Origin: Gallionella sp.
GTDB taxonomy: Bacteria > Pseudomonadota > Gammaproteobacteria > Burkholderiales > Gallionellaceae
Assembly (NCBI GenBank): GCA_028699065.1
Contig: JAQVVH010000004.1
Span: 1,589-65,588 of the forward strand
Length of the DNA stretch: 64,000 bases
Direction: 5' to 3'
Shown: piece after piece, positions 61,527 to 64,000 of the stretch
How positions within the stretch are numbered: position 1 is the stretch's first letter
Layout of the letters: every line of letters begins with the position of its first letter
The notes under the pieces: generated by a model
What the model saw: the letters and a program-made list of their open reading frames with translations, nothing else
Told to the model about the DNA's origin: nothing
Databases searched by the model: none
Position numbers and translations under genes: made by a program

Positions 61527-61535
61527 ATTGTAGCA
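61527..61535 (-). promoter_or_regulatory. Extended -10 element TGcTACAAT
   Basis: In an AT-rich gap; no canonical -35 at 17 bp; CAAGTTC direct repeats upstream. Confidence 0.4.
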
Positions 61536-61567
61536 GGTATGACTGGCAAGTTCTTAACAAGTTCAAT

Positions 61568-61792
61568 TTATTTCTGCCCAAACTCCACAACACTGATCCC
61601 CGCCAGCATCATAGGTCCGAGTCGCTGCTGCACGATGTCCACCGGTGCGACCCAGGCGAACTCGTTCTTGCACATGAGGACGGCGAATGTCTTGGTCTCG
61701 GGCTGCGCGAGGGCGGCGTCCTTGGCCTTCTGCGCGGTGTAGAAGCCGCGCTGTCCGGCGGCGTTGGTGGGGGCGTTGCCGAAGGGGTTCAT
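61568..61792 (-). CDS. Hypothetical protein
   Basis: MNPFGNAP start with ATGA overlap. Confidence 0.5.
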   Translation of the reverse strand: MNPFGNAPTNAAGQRGFYTAQKAKDAALAQPETKTFAVLMCKNEFAWVAPVDIVQQRLGPMMLAGISVVEFGQK

Positions 61793-62418
61793 CGCGGATG
61801 CGCTTTTTGAGATTGGTAGGGGGTCTCGATCGCACGCTCGACACTCCACCCATTCTTTACCCGACCATAGATGACCTCTTTCGGGAGCCCTAAATCATCT
61901 TCCCAATCGCGCAAACTTTTTCGTACTCCGTTATATTCCAAGTAGATAGTGTTCTGTTTGTTTCGGGCCTGTTGCAGGGTGGTAGCCCACCGGCAGTTGG
62001 ATGGTTTATACCCCCCGTTGACGTTGGGGTGCCTGTCTAGGGACATGCCTTCTGGGCAGACCCCCATGTCCGCTAGAAAGCCCTCGAATTTGTGCCATCG
62101 TTTACAGACTGCGATACCCCGCGCTCCGTAGTTGCGGTACTGCTGTGCGTTAGGATTCCTACATCTACTGAGCATCGCTGCCCACACGCGGTAGGTCGCC
62201 GTGTTCTTCATTCCATGGGTGGTAGCCGCAAGCGTCGCCCGTGCGGCGGACTCGGTACGGAGACAACCGCATGAACGAGTCTTGCCTATTCGCAAGTGGC
62301 TGGCGGAGGTCAATGTAGTCTCCCCGCAATCACACTGGCAGTGGTACATTATGTTTCCCGACGCTGCGCGAGGGGCAGAGGACACTACTTTCAATTTACC
62401 GAATCTCTGGCCAATCAT
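61789..62418 (-). CDS. HNH-type homing endonuclease with N-terminal Cys-rich module
   Basis: GQRFGKL..CQCDCG..TRSCGC; YGARGI.VC.RW..F..FLADMG..SLDR..VNG.Y.PSNCRWAT. Confidence 0.85.
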   Translation of the reverse strand: MIGQRFGKLKVVSSAPRAASGNIMYHCQCDCGETTLTSASHLRIGKTRSCGCLRTESAARATLAATTHGMKNTATYRVWAAMLSRCRNPNAQQYRNYGARGIAVCKRWHKFEGFLADMGVCPEGMSLDRHPNVNGGYKPSNCRWATTLQQARNKQNTIYLEYNGVRKSLRDWEDDLGLPKEVIYGRVKNGWSVERAIETPYQSQKAHPR

Positions 62419-63992
62419 AGTAAGCTCTCCCCATTTGCAATCATGTCCAGAAGCAGTCCTTGGTGCGCCTGTCTATCTTGCAGCCGCTTGAACACTTTTC
62501 GCTCGACCGCAGATCCGCTCAGATTGATGACACAAGTCGTTCGCTTCTGACCCGATCTTAAAATTCTACCACACGCTTGCTCATAAATGTCGTTACTGTT
62601 CACGCCTGTCCACCACACCACCACCGACGCCTGAACCAGCGTGAGACCGTGGCTCATCGTGCCTGGATGCGCGACGATGACCTCCAGATCGGACTTTTCA
62701 TCCTCGAACTTGAGGAATACTTCGTTGCGCTCCTTGATCGGCGTGTCGCCCGTGATGATGGCCGTGTTCCAGTGCTTGTTCAGCTCGCGCGCAATCATGG
62801 CAGTCATGGCGGTGAAGGGTACGAACACGAGGATCTTGCCACCGGCTTCCTCGATCACCTCCATCAGGGTTTCCAGTCGGTTGCCGGTGTCGATTTCGTG
62901 CGGCGTGCTGTCGACGTCATAGACGCAGCCGCCGGCGATCTGCAGGGCCTTGCTCAACTTCACGCCCTCATTGACGGCGGTGATGCGGGCGCCCTCGACC
63001 TCGGTAACCAGCTCGCGCATGAGTTCTTTCATGTGCTTGGTCTGGTCGGCGGACAACTGAACGTCGCGGGTCTGGTAGATGGTGGGCGGTAGGTCGATAC
63101 ACTCGTCGCGCTTGAACCGGATGGCGGGGCGCATGACTTGGTGAACGATCTTGGTGGCTTCGTCGCGTGGCGTCCAGACGTAGTTCGACTGGTGGTTCAT
63201 GACCATGGCGCGGAACTGCCCGAAGAACTTCGGCACGGTCGTCGGCGTGATGAGGCGGCACTGGCCGTAGGCGTCCTCCGGGCTGTTCGGCGTCGGCGTA
63301 CCCGTCATGCCCCACACCCATGGCTTCGGCTTGCCACCGGTGGGGTACAGGAACTCCTCGACGACTTTCCAGCGGCCGGTCTGTTTGTTCCGATATGTCG
63401 CCACTTCGTCAATAATGACGATATCGATGTCAGGCCGCTTGGCGAGTTCCTTGGCGATCACGGCGATGCCGTCGTGGTTGATGATATAGAAGTCGGACGG
63501 CTGGGCCAGCAGGCGGCGACGCCGCTCGGCGCTGCCGTGCAGGATGGCGAAGCTGCGATGCGTGAAGTGGACGAACAGCGTGTCGCCCCACACCCGTTCG
63601 AGGGTGGAGAGCGGTGCGATGATCAGGGCGCGGTGCCCGTAGCCGGCGGCCATGAGGTAGTCGGCAGCCCACGCCGCGGTGAGTGACTTGCCCGTGCCGA
63701 TGTCGTTCAGGACATAGCCGTGCGGATTCGCTGCCATGAATGCAGCCGTCGCGCGCTGGTGGTTAAACGGCTGCGGGATGGTCATGCGGTCGCGCGGCCA
63801 GTCGTAGTAGTGCTCGATCGGGCTCGGCGCGTCGATGCCCAGCAGCGCCAAGCGGATGCCAGTGTCGATGTCGTGTGGCATGCACACGAAGCCCGGCGCG
63901 AGCACCTCTGCTGTGGGGATGGTCGACAGCACGCGTGGGTCGCTGGTCTCGATCACCAGCGCGCGTTCGTCGGGGAGGACTGTGACTGTCAC
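62415..63992 (-). CDS. SNF2-family helicase
   Basis: DIGTGKS, IIDE, MTGTP, SHGLTL, QACGRILRSGQ motifs. Confidence 0.9.
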   Translation of the reverse strand: MTVTVLPDERALVIETSDPRVLSTIPTAEVLAPGFVCMPHDIDTGIRLALLGIDAPSPIEHYYDWPRDRMTIPQPFNHQRATAAFMAANPHGYVLNDIGTGKSLTAAWAADYLMAAGYGHRALIIAPLSTLERVWGDTLFVHFTHRSFAILHGSAERRRRLLAQPSDFYIINHDGIAVIAKELAKRPDIDIVIIDEVATYRNKQTGRWKVVEEFLYPTGGKPKPWVWGMTGTPTPNSPEDAYGQCRLITPTTVPKFFGQFRAMVMNHQSNYVWTPRDEATKIVHQVMRPAIRFKRDECIDLPPTIYQTRDVQLSADQTKHMKELMRELVTEVEGARITAVNEGVKLSKALQIAGGCVYDVDSTPHEIDTGNRLETLMEVIEEAGGKILVFVPFTAMTAMIARELNKHWNTAIITGDTPIKERNEVFLKFEDEKSDLEVIVAHPGTMSHGLTLVQASVVVWWTGVNSNDIYEQACGRILRSGQKRTTCVINLSGSAVERKVFKRLQDRQAHQGLLLDMIANGESLL

Positions 63993-64000
63993 CTACCTGA

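Noticed and set aside
1-64000. Integrase, tRNA/rRNA genes, phage RNA polymerase, PurZ or other known base-hypermodification enzymes
   Set aside because: No diagnostic motifs seen; the part of the genome outside the window cannot be assessed

Overview
This window holds most of the genome of a GC-rich tailed dsDNA phage (Caudoviricetes, podovirus-like gene set with an N4-gp56-type major capsid protein), apparently circularly permuted. There are three blocks. (1) 1-14210, minus strand: small early genes behind sigma70-like promoters, then a tightly coupled nucleotide/replication operon (DUF1937/NDT-like, sulfotransferase-like, HslV-like Ntn hydrolase, family A DNA polymerase, dNMP kinase, metallophosphoesterase, HNH, DHH phosphoesterase, partial PD-(D/E)XK nuclease). 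(2) 15044-52819, plus strand: packaging, head and tail genes, ejection proteins including a 2844-aa polyvalent protein, fibres, and a lysis cassette. (3) 53052-63992, minus strand: SNF2-like helicase, SSB-like protein, HTH protein, C5 methyltransferase, DUF927 primase-helicase and an N4C/N6A methyltransferase. An AT-rich, repeat-bearing non-coding region (14211-15043) separates the divergent blocks. The strongest oddity is an intein in the methyltransferase whose homing endonuclease (HNH) is encoded in a different, overlapping reading frame. Other oddities are a second intein of the same type inside the giant virion/ejection protein, two proteasome/HslV-like paralogs, a sulfotransferase-like gene in the replication operon, a small lipoprotein with a metzincin motif, and a 12-bp extended -10 motif built on stop codons. 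I recognised no integrase, tRNA, rRNA, CRISPR array or reverse transcriptase. All calls come from motif recognition by eye and no database searches were run. Several start codons were re-chosen from RBS and overlap evidence.
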